Shown piece after piece: positions 1 through 10,927 of a DNA stretch of 64,000 bases. Numbering within the stretch: the first letter of the stretch is position 1; each line of letters starts with the position of its first letter. Source of the stretch: Camelus ferus. Taxonomy: Eukaryota. The DNA is taken from positions 76,076,001 to 76,140,000 of the forward strand of contig NC_045697.1 in NCBI RefSeq assembly GCF_009834535.1, in the 5' to 3' direction. The notes beneath the pieces are model-generated. The model saw only the letters and a list, made by a program, of their open reading frames with translations. It ran no database searches and had not been told where the DNA came from. The position numbers and the translations under genes were made by a program.

Positions 1-113
1 TTAGCTCAGTGGTAGAGTGCGTGCTTAGCATGCACGAAGTCCTGGGTTCCATCCTCAGTACCTCTGTTATAAAGTAACCCTAATTACCTCCCCCTGCCCA
101 CCAAAAAAATAAA
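1..113 (+). mobile_element. Camelid Vic-1-like tRNA-derived SINE (5' end cut by the window edge)
   Basis: Pol III A box TAGCTCAGTGG and B-box-like GGTTCCATCC, followed by cagtacctc...cctaattacctcccc and an A-rich tail, as in the recalled Vic-1 consensus. Confidence 0.85.
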
Positions 114-297
114 CTTACAATGCATTAAATCATTTACTTCTAAAGGTTATCATGTTACTTCCTTGTTACTTCCCCAAGTAGCTGGTGACTATACAAATGC
201 ATTCTATGACCACCTGATAGGTGAGTGCCTTGGGTTAGATTTTAATGAAGCAGTTCCACGGTTACCATGATTATTTACACAGCATCCCACTACTTAC

Positions 298-460
298 CCT
301 TCTGCCTAGAATCTGGTTGATAGCTGCACTTTCCTTTAGAGTACACTCCGCTACGACATTCGCTCTCATTTCTTTCATGTATAACATAAAAGCATTCAGA
401 GGCTTCTTAATGTGAGGTCTTTTTGGCTCCTGCTCCTTCCTCTGTTCATGCTGAGGCTTC
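298..460 (-). CDS. LEF1: LEF1 coding exon 8 (human numbering), start of the HMG box
   Basis: Manual translation of the reverse complement gives [54 protein letters not shown], the TCF/LEF HMG box. Acceptor AG at 461-462, donor GTAAGT at 297-292, 163 nt. Confidence 0.98.
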
Positions 461-786
461 CTACAAGGTAGGGGTGGGGTGGGTGGGGAAGGGGTAGACG
501 AACAGGGAAGAGATGGGAGGAGATAAGCAGAGCACCTGTTTACATCCGAGTCCCACTCAGGCTGGGGACCGCCCTGGGCTCTGCAAGCCCCAGAACAGCA
601 TCGACTTTGAAGAGTGAGTCACCAACTCTGTGTGAATAAGAAAGTTCACCTCTAGCTACTGAAGTGTTTAACACAACATGGACACGGGTTTGTGAAGATG
701 CTCCATCTAGAGCCCTGAGGCCGAGCTCCTTGGTCACGGTGGGAAAAGCTGAACACATAGTGCAGGTGGTCAATCTTCCGCCAGAA

Positions 787-960
787 CTGAGGTTCTTCAC
801 TTTTTTGGGTTAGTGGCCCCTCTGAGGGGTTAATGAAACTTTAGACTCTCTCCCCCAAACAAATGCATGCTGGCTTTGCCTGTAATTGTAGGGGTTTTAT
901 GGCACGTGCTCACTCCATCCCAACCTCCCATCCCAGGACAAACCCTAGATTAAGAAACTC
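787..960. mobile_element. Non-autonomous hAT-Charlie-type DNA transposon relic
   Basis: Degenerate terminal inverted repeats (gaggttcttcac ... attaagaaactc) and an internal atgaaactttagactctctcccc motif resembling Charlie-family MITEs. Subfamily uncertain. Confidence 0.5.
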
Positions 961-1467
961 AATTACCAATCTCTTCAGAGAATGTAGCCCTGCTGTAACA
1001 GCCGTAGACAACCCTGACCCGAAAGGAAGTCCTGGGTTTGGTTTGCCCCTTTCCCTTGAATTCTGTGCTTTTGAAACCTTGATGGAGGGTCACTGCAGTT
1101 CCAGAAAGAAACACGTTAAACCCTCCAAAATCTACTCCACTCCGGGCTCCCCCAACAGTCAGAGCCCAAGTAAAACCTGGTAGTAAATGGTTAAAACAGC
1201 TCAAGTTGTTCAGTCCCTAAGCTCTGAAGATCACTCCCCTTTGGTGAGGTTCCCTTGACCTTTTAACACCTGTGCTCCTTCCCCATCTCAGAACCAAAAT
1301 CAGAGCAGTGGGAATCAAGCTGCTTAACGTCCTCAGGGACAGAGCTTTCAAGGCAGAGCTATACTGCTTTTCATAATCAGGGGAAGATTCAACAACAGGG
1401 AATAACTGTGTTGTCTGAATCCTCAGCACCGCAAGGCATATGCAGGTGAAAACAGAGGCACACTTAC

Positions 1468-1590
1468 ACGTGCATTAGGTCGCTGTCAGTGTGGGGGTGT
1501 TCCTGTTTGACCTGAGGCGTTACAATAGCTGGATGAGGGATGCCAGTTGTGTGGGGACCAGGAGGACCAGGAATCATATGATGAGAAAAC
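1468..1590 (-). CDS. LEF1: LEF1 coding exon 7
   Basis: FSHHMIPGPPGPHTTGIPHPAIVTPQVKQEHPHTDSDLMHV, also visible in ORF 1464..1664. Acceptor ttttag, donor GTAAGT, 123 nt, phase-compatible with its neighbours. Confidence 0.98.
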
Positions 1591-3667
1591 CTAAAAGCAG
1601 GAAAGACAAGAAAAGAAAATGTACTGCTGTAGCAAAAGCTGAATGGAATTCTGAAACAACCCACTAACTGTTCCTGGCTGAGAATGAAAACACATCTTCC
1701 TACACAGGAGTATTAACTATAAGTGAGAGCAGGCTGATGATTAATTTCTTTCCTTTCTGTATTCAGGCGGAAAATATGTATAATTATTCACCATGTAACA
1801 GAATTTTTTTTTCAAGCTAATAGTGGAATCTGGCATTTTTCCTGGGAGGGCTCTAGGCCATAGGATTAAAAAAAAAAAAAAAGAGTCACTTTTCTTGCAA
1901 AGCAGTTTTCAGAGAAGAATTTCAGTAAGAGCAATTACTGGAAATATAACACTTTATTAAGATTAGCTTTTTAAATGATTTTAAAATCTAAAGATATTAC
2001 ACTTAGAAATCTCTGTCTACATCCTTAAGCAAACCATCACATTTCTCATCCTGTTGGCATCTTTCCTAATACCAGGAGAGAATGATTGAGAAAATATGGG
2101 GCAGAAGGTTTGTTCAGTCCCCAATTTAATAAGGTTGCTTGCCATCAACATCATCCCAAATAATTTTCTACACAGAAAGAAAGAAATGTTTGAGAGATCT
2201 AGCTGAATGGAAAATTGATAACAAAATTAAGGGAAATGATTTAATTAAAGGGAAAGATAAAGTTTTGCATCAAGGTAAAAATAACACATGTTAAAATAAA
2301 GGCTTTTTCCCAGAGTATGCTTGCAGAGCATTAAAAAAAGTCTTAAAATATCCACCACCACCCAACACAAAGGAGGGAAACTGCCGTGCAAGAAAAATAA
2401 AATAAAGACAGTACTTTCAACAAACTCTTTGGATAAATTTAGATATGCTTTAGAACTTTTTGCTTTTCAAACTGTTTTAAAGTAAACATTTAATTCAACA
2501 AAAACAACATTCTCAGGTCTTTCATCACAGCCTGTACAATTAATTCCTTCATCTAGGAAGGAAAGAAGGGACTCTGATTAGATTTGTAATACCTCAGAAA
2601 GAAATTTTTAAAAATTAAGGAGGCATGGGAAAAATACAAATATTTGATTAAATAATGATGCTTTGCTAAATGTACCATTTGCAAAAATACAGGATGCTTG
2701 TTATTTGCCTGTGAGAAAATCCTGTCATCGCATAGTTCTTACAATGTTAAAAAGTATAAAAATATATTTTGAGGGGAAGGATATTAATTTCATACCCTCC
2801 CAACCAGCTATTTATAATTTACTGAAAGAAAATAATGTTTTTTTTAACAAGCTGAAATTCACCACAGAAAACTGCGAATTTCATATCTGTATTAGAAAAT
2901 AGATTCACAACCAGTTACTAACCCAACAGTTTGATTTCCAGCGTGATAATGCTGGCTCCCTTGAAAAAGCCACATGGAACACACAGATGATACACCGCAA
3001 GTGTGTGTGCACATCGAGCACAGGGCACAGACGCCATCCTTTCCAGAGGCAGAAGCATTACACAGAGCAGTGTGGCACAGCAGACCTCACAGAGCTTCGC
3101 TGGCACCAGAATGTCCACACAGGGCCTGAGTCACACACTAGGACACACACCCGTACGGCCTGACAGCCCAGAAGCACCACTGCTTCTTTTCTGACAGCCT
3201 TGGTCTAGGAAGGCTCTAGACTAGCTGGGCATTTTCAAACACTGTCACATGAAACTGATGCAACTTTCCTTGTAGAAAGCAAATTATAGAACTGAGACCA
3301 AACCAGTCTTTACCCTCCCCCTGACCCCACCCCCCAACATGTTTTGAATCAAACAAGCTCTTCTAATATCGTCCCCTTTGGGGACATTTCCCATCCCACA
3401 GTTGGGTAGCAGTGAAACGTTTTTGAGGCACGGTTCCCAGTGTGACTGAGTTCATCTCCCTGACGGGCGTGGCTGGTGCTGTGCTGTCGTTGGCTCCTAC
3501 CCAGGAATCTCTAGGACGCCTAGTGTGGGAGCCAGGCACACTGCAGACAGATGTGGCTGAGCTGCGCACCCGCCTGGCCCCCTGAACGAGAGGCAAGCAG
3601 AGGCGCACAAGAGGCAAGCGCGTTAGAGCATCCTGTCCTGGAGCGCCCGGTTTCCACCTCCACCTAC

Positions 3668-3751
3668 CTGGACATGGAAGTGTCCACTGACAGTGAGGAT
3701 GGGTAGGGTTGCCTGAATCCTCCCGTGATGGGATATACAGGCTGACCTTGC
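3668..3751 (-). CDS. LEF1: LEF1 coding exon 6 (84-nt alternatively spliced cassette, context-dependent regulatory domain)
   Basis: QGQPVYPITGGFRQPYPSSLSVDTSMS(R). Acceptor acctcag, donor GTAGGT. Symmetric phase-2 exon, so skipping keeps the frame. Confidence 0.97.
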
Positions 3752-5360
3752 CTGAGGTCACAGAAGAAAGGAACCCATCAATGACAAAACACGAGTTACC
3801 AACCAGCAATAAGAGTGTGATGAGGGGAGGACAGGGAGGAATTCAAACAGAACTTTGGGAAGTGTTACCACTTTAGGGTGAGTGCTTCAGTCACCCAGCT
3901 GCTTCCCCTCCTTATCCTCCACCCAATCCAACCATCATCATGGTCCTCCACAGCAGTCGGTGAATTCCTTGTCTTCTACCCCTTCCCCCCTCCCAGCCCT
4001 GCGAATGCTTTCAACAAAACAGGCATGTAAACAGGGTTTACTGAATATAAAAGAACCTGAGAATGGTGAAATATTCCTTTCAGGCTAGTGGATTCCTTAT
4101 CAGAATCTTTGAGAATTTCAGAGAAGGGAAGAAGGAAATAAAAGTTCATATAAAAATGAATAAATATTTTTAAAGCACTGTGCTTCCCCCCTCCCCCCAT
4201 ATACCCATGCTACAGTCAAGAAATGAAAGCTCAATTAGTTGGAATTATTTTCTCTCCGCTCTGAGAATTCCATCTCTCTTACTTTTTCCTACATCTCACC
4301 CTTTTCATTACAGTCTTTATTTCCAGATGCCACTGATGCAACTCAGCCCTAGATTATTGCCCCTAAGTAACTAAGTTCAGACAGAATAACTGATGTAGGT
4401 TTTAAAGTGTTGGCATAATCAATTAAATGCAAACAGAGTTATTGACTGAGAGATGTAATGCTAAAGAGGAGAGAGAAAGCTGGAATGTCCATGGCAGGAC
4501 GAGCCCTCCCACTCTGTGCTGAAGAAGAGATAATGTACGGATGTCAAGGTGGGGAGACCGGGCCTTGACATGGGGGCTGAAGGGACAGAGAGCCGGATAA
4601 AGAAAGGAGAGAAGACATCTGCTAAAGTTGAAGCACTGTTTCCTTGGAGTGAGCAGTGGGGAGAGGAGAAGGGATGGAGTGGGAGCAGGGAAAGTTGTGT
4701 GTGAACAATGAAATGACAAAATTAGGCTACACTATATCAAACTATTGTTTCTTCACCAAATACATTTTTCCTTTACCTTTATAATAAAAAAAAATTGAAA
4801 GCAGTGGTATAGATTTTTTAGAAATAACAAAATAGAGATCTTTTGGATTCTGAAAAAAAAAAAAAAAAGTCCACTCCTCTGAACTCAAACTGGTGCTTAC
4901 TTTATTAACATTCAAAAGATACTTTTGTATTTTAAACTTCTCTCTAGTTGTCGTTTACCTCACTTACTCATTTATAAGCAAAGATCACTATTCAATATAT
5001 CTAAGGTTATGTTTCAAACATATAAATTGTTCGTAAAGAACCAGAATAGAAAAACTACACTGAGCACTTTGTACCGCCCAGCAAATGCCCAAAGCCAGAA
5101 ATTGAATCCATAAAACTATAAGCTTCAAAGCAAATGCTACACAGTCATTTTCTACACATATTAGCAAACGGATTCAATCCATTTCAAAGTCTGTATGGTT
5201 TTTAATCTTCTAATTTGAAATGAAATAAAGTTAGCACCTTGCTTGTGGAAGTTTCTCCAACTCTACAAATGTTATCATTCAGAAAGCTAATTTCCCATGA
5301 ATGGGAAGTAGAAAAACATGTGTTCGAATTTGTGGCTGAAGGTTGCAAGGAGGATCTTAC

Positions 5361-5451
5361 CAGCCAAGAGGTGGGGTGATCTGTCCAACACCACCCGGAG
5401 ACAAGGGATAAAAAGTAGGGATCTCAGGAGCTGGAGGATGTCTGGACATGC
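5361..5451 (-). CDS. LEF1: LEF1 coding exon 5
   Basis: (G)MSRHPPAPEIPTFYPLSPGGVGQITPPLG(W). Acceptor ttttaatag, donor GTAAGA, 91 nt. Confidence 0.98.
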
Positions 5452-7974
5452 CTATTAAAAAGAGTAACGAAGAGGTAGAGTTTTCAGATTCAATAGGACT
5501 TTTGACTTCAAGAGAAAGGCAAGAAAATGCTTTATGTCATTAATACTTAAGGTCTGGAATGAAACAGTATTTTTCAGATCCATTTAACAGAAGTCACTTT
5601 GTTAGCTCTTCTCAAGATTTCAGCATCTGAGAAAACAGGTCTTAAGGTAGTATATGTATCTTGAAGACCTCTTTAAAGAGTAAGTATGCTGCTAGCAAAA
5701 CAAGCATCAAAGTAAGACTTTAAAATTATTTAGTTTGCTCTCATTATTTCACTTTGGTTAGAAAATAGTAGACAATTGCTTTTGTGTAGAATGGAAAATG
5801 GCAGCCCTTCATAAGCAGAAGGCCTGCCATGGTGTTCAAGGATTAGGTAAATTGCTACTTTCAGATTTTCACTGGCTCCCTTATGGACACATAGATTTGG
5901 GAAATGTGATACCTCAGAGGATCAAAGATTAATTAGGAATCATCTTCAGCCCCGTAATGGTCACACTTGATATGATTCATTTGGTCTCTGCCACTGCAGC
6001 TCCAACTAAGCTCTTCATCAAGTTGAGTCCTCTGGGCTCCAAGGTCAATCTGTTCTGGATTAGTTGTATTCCACAGAAAATGAGAGTGCCACCAAATTGT
6101 TTCTTGTGCTCACACTCCCTGGAGCACACTGCCCTATAACTGTAAAAACCACCTAAAGATTATACCTAATCCTAGTCCCAAATGACATCTCTTTGTTTAT
6201 ATCTTACCTTGGGTACAGAAGAGAAGGGGTAAGACATATACATAAAAATGCAAAAAATAAAAACTTAGATTTATATTTGGGGGAAAGTGATTCTGAATAG
6301 AAAAAAGCCATGTGGGTTTCTTTACACAGATAATCTGGCTTTAAAGACCATTACTATGTATGAACATATTCCCAGTTTAACGCTCAGAATATGCATTTAG
6401 TGGCTGTAATTATATTGGCCAGTATGCAAAATTAGGTCAGTACATGGAAAATGCTCTTTAAGTATTCTGATTTTTTACTATTTAAAATGCCTATGAATTT
6501 CATTTGGATCTTAAAAGATATTGAAGGCCTTGAGCATATGGGAATGGCTTAAGAAGTATTGCCTTTTAAGTTGATGTTAATTTGACTTTGAAGTTAGGAC
6601 AAACTATTTCTCAACTCTCACAGAAAGTAGGAAAGAGAAAGGTCTTTAATCTCTTAATAGAGAGTCTACATGAGATCATCTCAAGTTTTGCTGTTTTTTA
6701 TAAGAATAGTCTAAAATCTCCTTTTTTAAAGCTAGATATACTACTTCTTTGGGCACAGTGGACCCCAAATTTCATACCCTGGGATTTGTTCTTGGGTCTG
6801 GGGAGGTTCGGGCAGCAGGGTTGCCTAGAGTGGTGATTCTTAACATACCAGAATCACAGGGAAGTTTCTCCAACTTGCTGCCTCCCTCAGCCTGAGATCT
6901 GGATACCTCCCCAAACCTCAGAGTCTGCCAGGGGGCTGCTCCGTTTTGGAAACAAAAACCAGACCAACTCAAAAGAACTTTGGAAACTTTGAGGAAATCT
7001 GAACTTGAAAATTACGCTTAGAGGTCAGAAACTACCTTCTGAATTGTCTACTTTAATTCCTTTGTCAGAGAGGTGACGTGACTCGGTATGTAGAAAATAT
7101 GGTTTGTCCTGGGCTCTTACACCAGGAACAGAGAAGTAAACTGCTTCCAATCACATGTGTCTAAGCAGATGAGCTTAAAACCTTGCTCTCCATCCTAGTC
7201 CATGTTCTAGGTACACTGAGAACACCGCACTAGTAGTTCTGTGTGAGAGTAATTCAACAGAACAAAAAACACAAACTAGCTGGATTTGGCTTTACTGCTC
7301 AGAGGAGAAAGGAGGGAACTACCACTTACTTAGCATCTGCCACATGCTAGTTCCTATGCTGGGTATTTAATTTGACTGTTTCTATTAAAATTCTAATCAT
7401 ATTTCAAATACCTCTCTCCCATGGAATATTCTCTAACTTTTATAGCTCTGAGAAATCTTTCTTCTTTGAATCTACAACATTTTATTTTACTTTTGATGTG
7501 GTACTTAAGATGTTCTTCATTTTATTTTACAGTTTGTGCGTGATTTCCTCCATAAGCTTATACACTCCTTGGAAGAAAGGGACTGTTTTCCCAATATGTG
7601 TATCAGACTATGGTTATCTCCCGAGGAGGCTCTGAATACACCTCCGAATGACTGAACAAATGAACAAGTAAAGTAAACAGACCCATTCCTCATGCTGGGT
7701 CAACATCATAAACCATTTTAAATGTACACACAAGGACATTATGTGGCTTAGGTCACTACATGACCAGAAAGTGGATCTGTGTTTTCTAAATAGCTTACTG
7801 TTGTTTTAAGATCCTATTTCCAAAGACTCCTAGAAGCCTATGCCTCTCTTCCAACTCCAGTGCTACTGAAAACACATTTCCCATCATTCATTTAACGAGT
7901 ATTTACTGAACACTTACTATGTGCTAGAGGATATATGCAGCATATCCTTAAAGATTTTTAAACTTTTATAAATA

Positions 7975-8180
7975 TAGCTAAAATGATTCTGGACTCAGAC
8001 GGTATGGATATAGTATACATACTCACTAGCTATACAGATCCTTGAGGAGGTTAATTATTAATTGTTGTGTGAAATTAGAATAAAAATGAAATAGAGGTTG
8101 TTGTGAGGAATAAATACATTCACGTATATAATACAGAAAAGTACTTGGTATGCAGTGTAAGTGCAATGTGTTTGTTGTTA
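7975..8180 (+). mobile_element. MIR SINE, diverged
   Basis: MIR-like order of motifs: tctggactcagac ... actcactagct ... ggttgttgtgaggaataaat. Confidence 0.55.
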
Positions 8181-10794
8181 TTTATAAGGATATAAACATA
8201 TAAACAGGTATGTAAACCCGGTATTTCCTAAAAGCTCTTTCTTTTTAACATTTTTATCAGACATAATGAGTGGAACAAAATGGCTGGTATTAGCTTCCTT
8301 TCCTTTTCCTACACCCACAGCCCTGTACCCCACCCCACTTCGTCACACACCGAGAGAAAGGTAGAAATGAATGTGCTTCCTAACAGGAAATTAACCTAAA
8401 GTTATTTCCTACAAATGAAAATGGGTTCTATTGACAGTTTATGAGTTTGTTTACTGGATAATTCAGTCTCGGGTTAGATACATGATACTCTTTTTCTGCT
8501 ATTTTGGATTATTTTTGGATAAAGCTAACCAGTCTCCCAGGAACTTTGAAATCAGCCGCTCAGCACCACCATGCTCTAACTAGATGCACTACATGATATA
8601 ACCAAAACCAGGAGAGAAAAGGAGTAACAGTAAAAGATCTAGTAAGCTTTATACTTATTTTTGGTGATGACTGTGCCTAAATGGAATGATACAAACTCAG
8701 AATCATGCCAATTAATTCGTCTTAAAACAAGGTCTCATATCCCCTTAGTGTGTTACATGGTGATGGAGTACACAAAGTCCAGGACAAAAAAGTAACTAAA
8801 ACCAGGATCTTTATATTGAAACAAATATAAACAGTGTATAGAGTAGAATGCAAAAGTCACACAAATTTTCAGGCCAAAATAAAGATTTCAATTTTTAGGC
8901 AATTTCTGGTCATACTTGCTAGTCCCCTCTCTAGTTCTGGGGAGTTTATTTAAAAAAGAAAAGTTTGAGAAATAAAAATTAACAATTAGCAAGGTAAAAT
9001 AAAGAAAGGTAGCAATAAGATATGGAAACAGAAGACAAAGTATAAATGTAACTGATAGCTATCATCAAATTGGCTCTTTTTAAAATTGAACTGTACTAGA
9101 ATTCTTGAGAGGAAAACTACTGAACCATCATGTATTATTCTTTAAAAACATTTTATAATGTTATTCTTTTAAATAAGTTATTTCAAAGTGCTTAGAACAG
9201 GGACTAGAATAGAGTAAATGCTATGTAATTGTTAGACAAATAAATAGTTTAAATAAAACATGCTGTTGGGTTCTTTTTGCTAATAGCTTGTTTGGGGCAT
9301 TTATAGCTATCTGAAACTGTCGTCCGCATCCTTATGGTTCCCAGATGTGTCTCTCCAGCTCAGACCAGGCTCTGGGACTGTGACTCACATTTAAACTGCC
9401 TCCCTCACATTCCCTTCAGAGATCCCAAAGGCACCTCAAACTCGCCACCACCAAGGCCCTGTTCTTCATCTCCCCTCTCAAACTCAGCCTTCTTCCTGAG
9501 ACACCTATCTTAGGTTCCCTTTCTCATGATATATCCACAGACCTGTCTTTGATGTTTCCTATTCTTTGGAGGTCTTTGACAAAAGGAAGTAGAGAAAAGG
9601 AAGGACTGGAAATGAAGAATAAAACACAGACAAACCTGGAGACATTTGTCTGGGTGATTCCTACCTTCTCTAAGTAAAGGTGCTTGGGCTCCACTCAAGT
9701 CAAAGTCCAACAGTAACTAAGTCCTCAAATAGATGCCTATTTAACAATGTTGGGAAATGAAGATGATTGTATTTAACCCGAAGTGTTCAGAGTAGTGGAA
9801 AAAAACACAGCCTCTGAACTCAACTCTTTTTTACACACTAAATTTTGTTGTTCACAATCAATCAAAGATAGGGCTGGACAAAAGGGTGAAGCACTGGAGA
9901 TGGCACGTTTTAGCCCTGCATATTTTTTGCCTTCACATGATTCTTTAGGATCTTTTGTTTTGAACTTCTACAGGGCCTGCTGAGGTCCAAGTGTGTATGT
10001 ATGTGGAAAGCACACAGGCTATTCTGTAAATAAACTCCTCCTCAAAGTCTCCTCTAAGCAGATGGGACCAGGAGGCTTGGAGAACAGGAGCTTCATGTGT
10101 GACAACCAACTCACACCCATCGGGTTAGAAACTGGGCATTTTGATTTTTCAGACCTCTTACGATGCGTGTTTCTCTGTAAAGGACATGGAAGCAGAACTT
10201 GGTGGTAATACAGAGATGCAAAAGACGATTCATGTTGCTTTGACTTTAGACAGAGCTGATTTTGTACTTTAATTACATTTATATCTAAGTTGGTGCTGGT
10301 AAACAACAAAAAGAAGATAAAACACAACGAGGATATAACTGAAACCGAAAGAAATCACAAAAGACTAAAAAGATAAAAGTTGAAGAAAAAAAAGTCCTAC
10401 TTTGTCCCTTTTCTAAATTTTTTTTATCATCAACTATCATCAACACCTAGTATATGCTGAAATAAATGAATACGGCAGGCGGCACTGAAGGCTGAATTTT
10501 TAATATATCTGCACAACATATTGGTTTATATTGTGATCATAGATGTTCAAAACTGGCAATTTGAAAATGACCGTTTGATGCTTTTCTTCTGTTTTTTTGA
10601 ATCCTGAAAAGTAAAAGAAGCTAATAACAAGTTCTTGTATGCTTATAAAAAGTTGCTATCAAATAAATTATTCTTGTCTCCTATGAATGTATGTTGATGC
10701 CCCCGTGACAGGAGCAAGGCGCCTGTGAGGTCACTCAGACTGGTGACATGTGTCCTCGCTTATCCAAACAGGCCTGGGGAGGCAGGGCTCTCAC

Positions 10795-10927
10795 CTTGCT
10801 TGGAGTTGACATCTGATGGGATGTGTGACGGGTGTGATCCTGGAGAAAAGTGCTCGTCGCTGTAAGTGATGAGGGGGGTGAGAGGATGGACTGCATGGGA
10901 TGGCTGCACCACGGGCACTTTATTTGA
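10795..10927 (-). CDS. LEF1: LEF1 coding exon 4
   Basis: [44 protein letters not shown](G), visible in ORF 10760..11068. Acceptor ctttgcag, donor GTGAGA, 133 nt. Confidence 0.98.

Noticed and set aside
1..60. tRNA-like sequence (also at about 28270-28345 and 41090-41160)
   Set aside because: SINE heads with a non-tRNA 3' body and AT-rich tails. No intact cloverleaf is evident.
1591..1612. Alternative acceptor adding an SxxSS motif, as in TCF7L2/TCF7L1
   Set aside because: There is no AG 15 nt upstream of the exon 7 acceptor (cttgtctttcctgcttttag). No LVPQ-encoding extension follows the exon 5 donor either.
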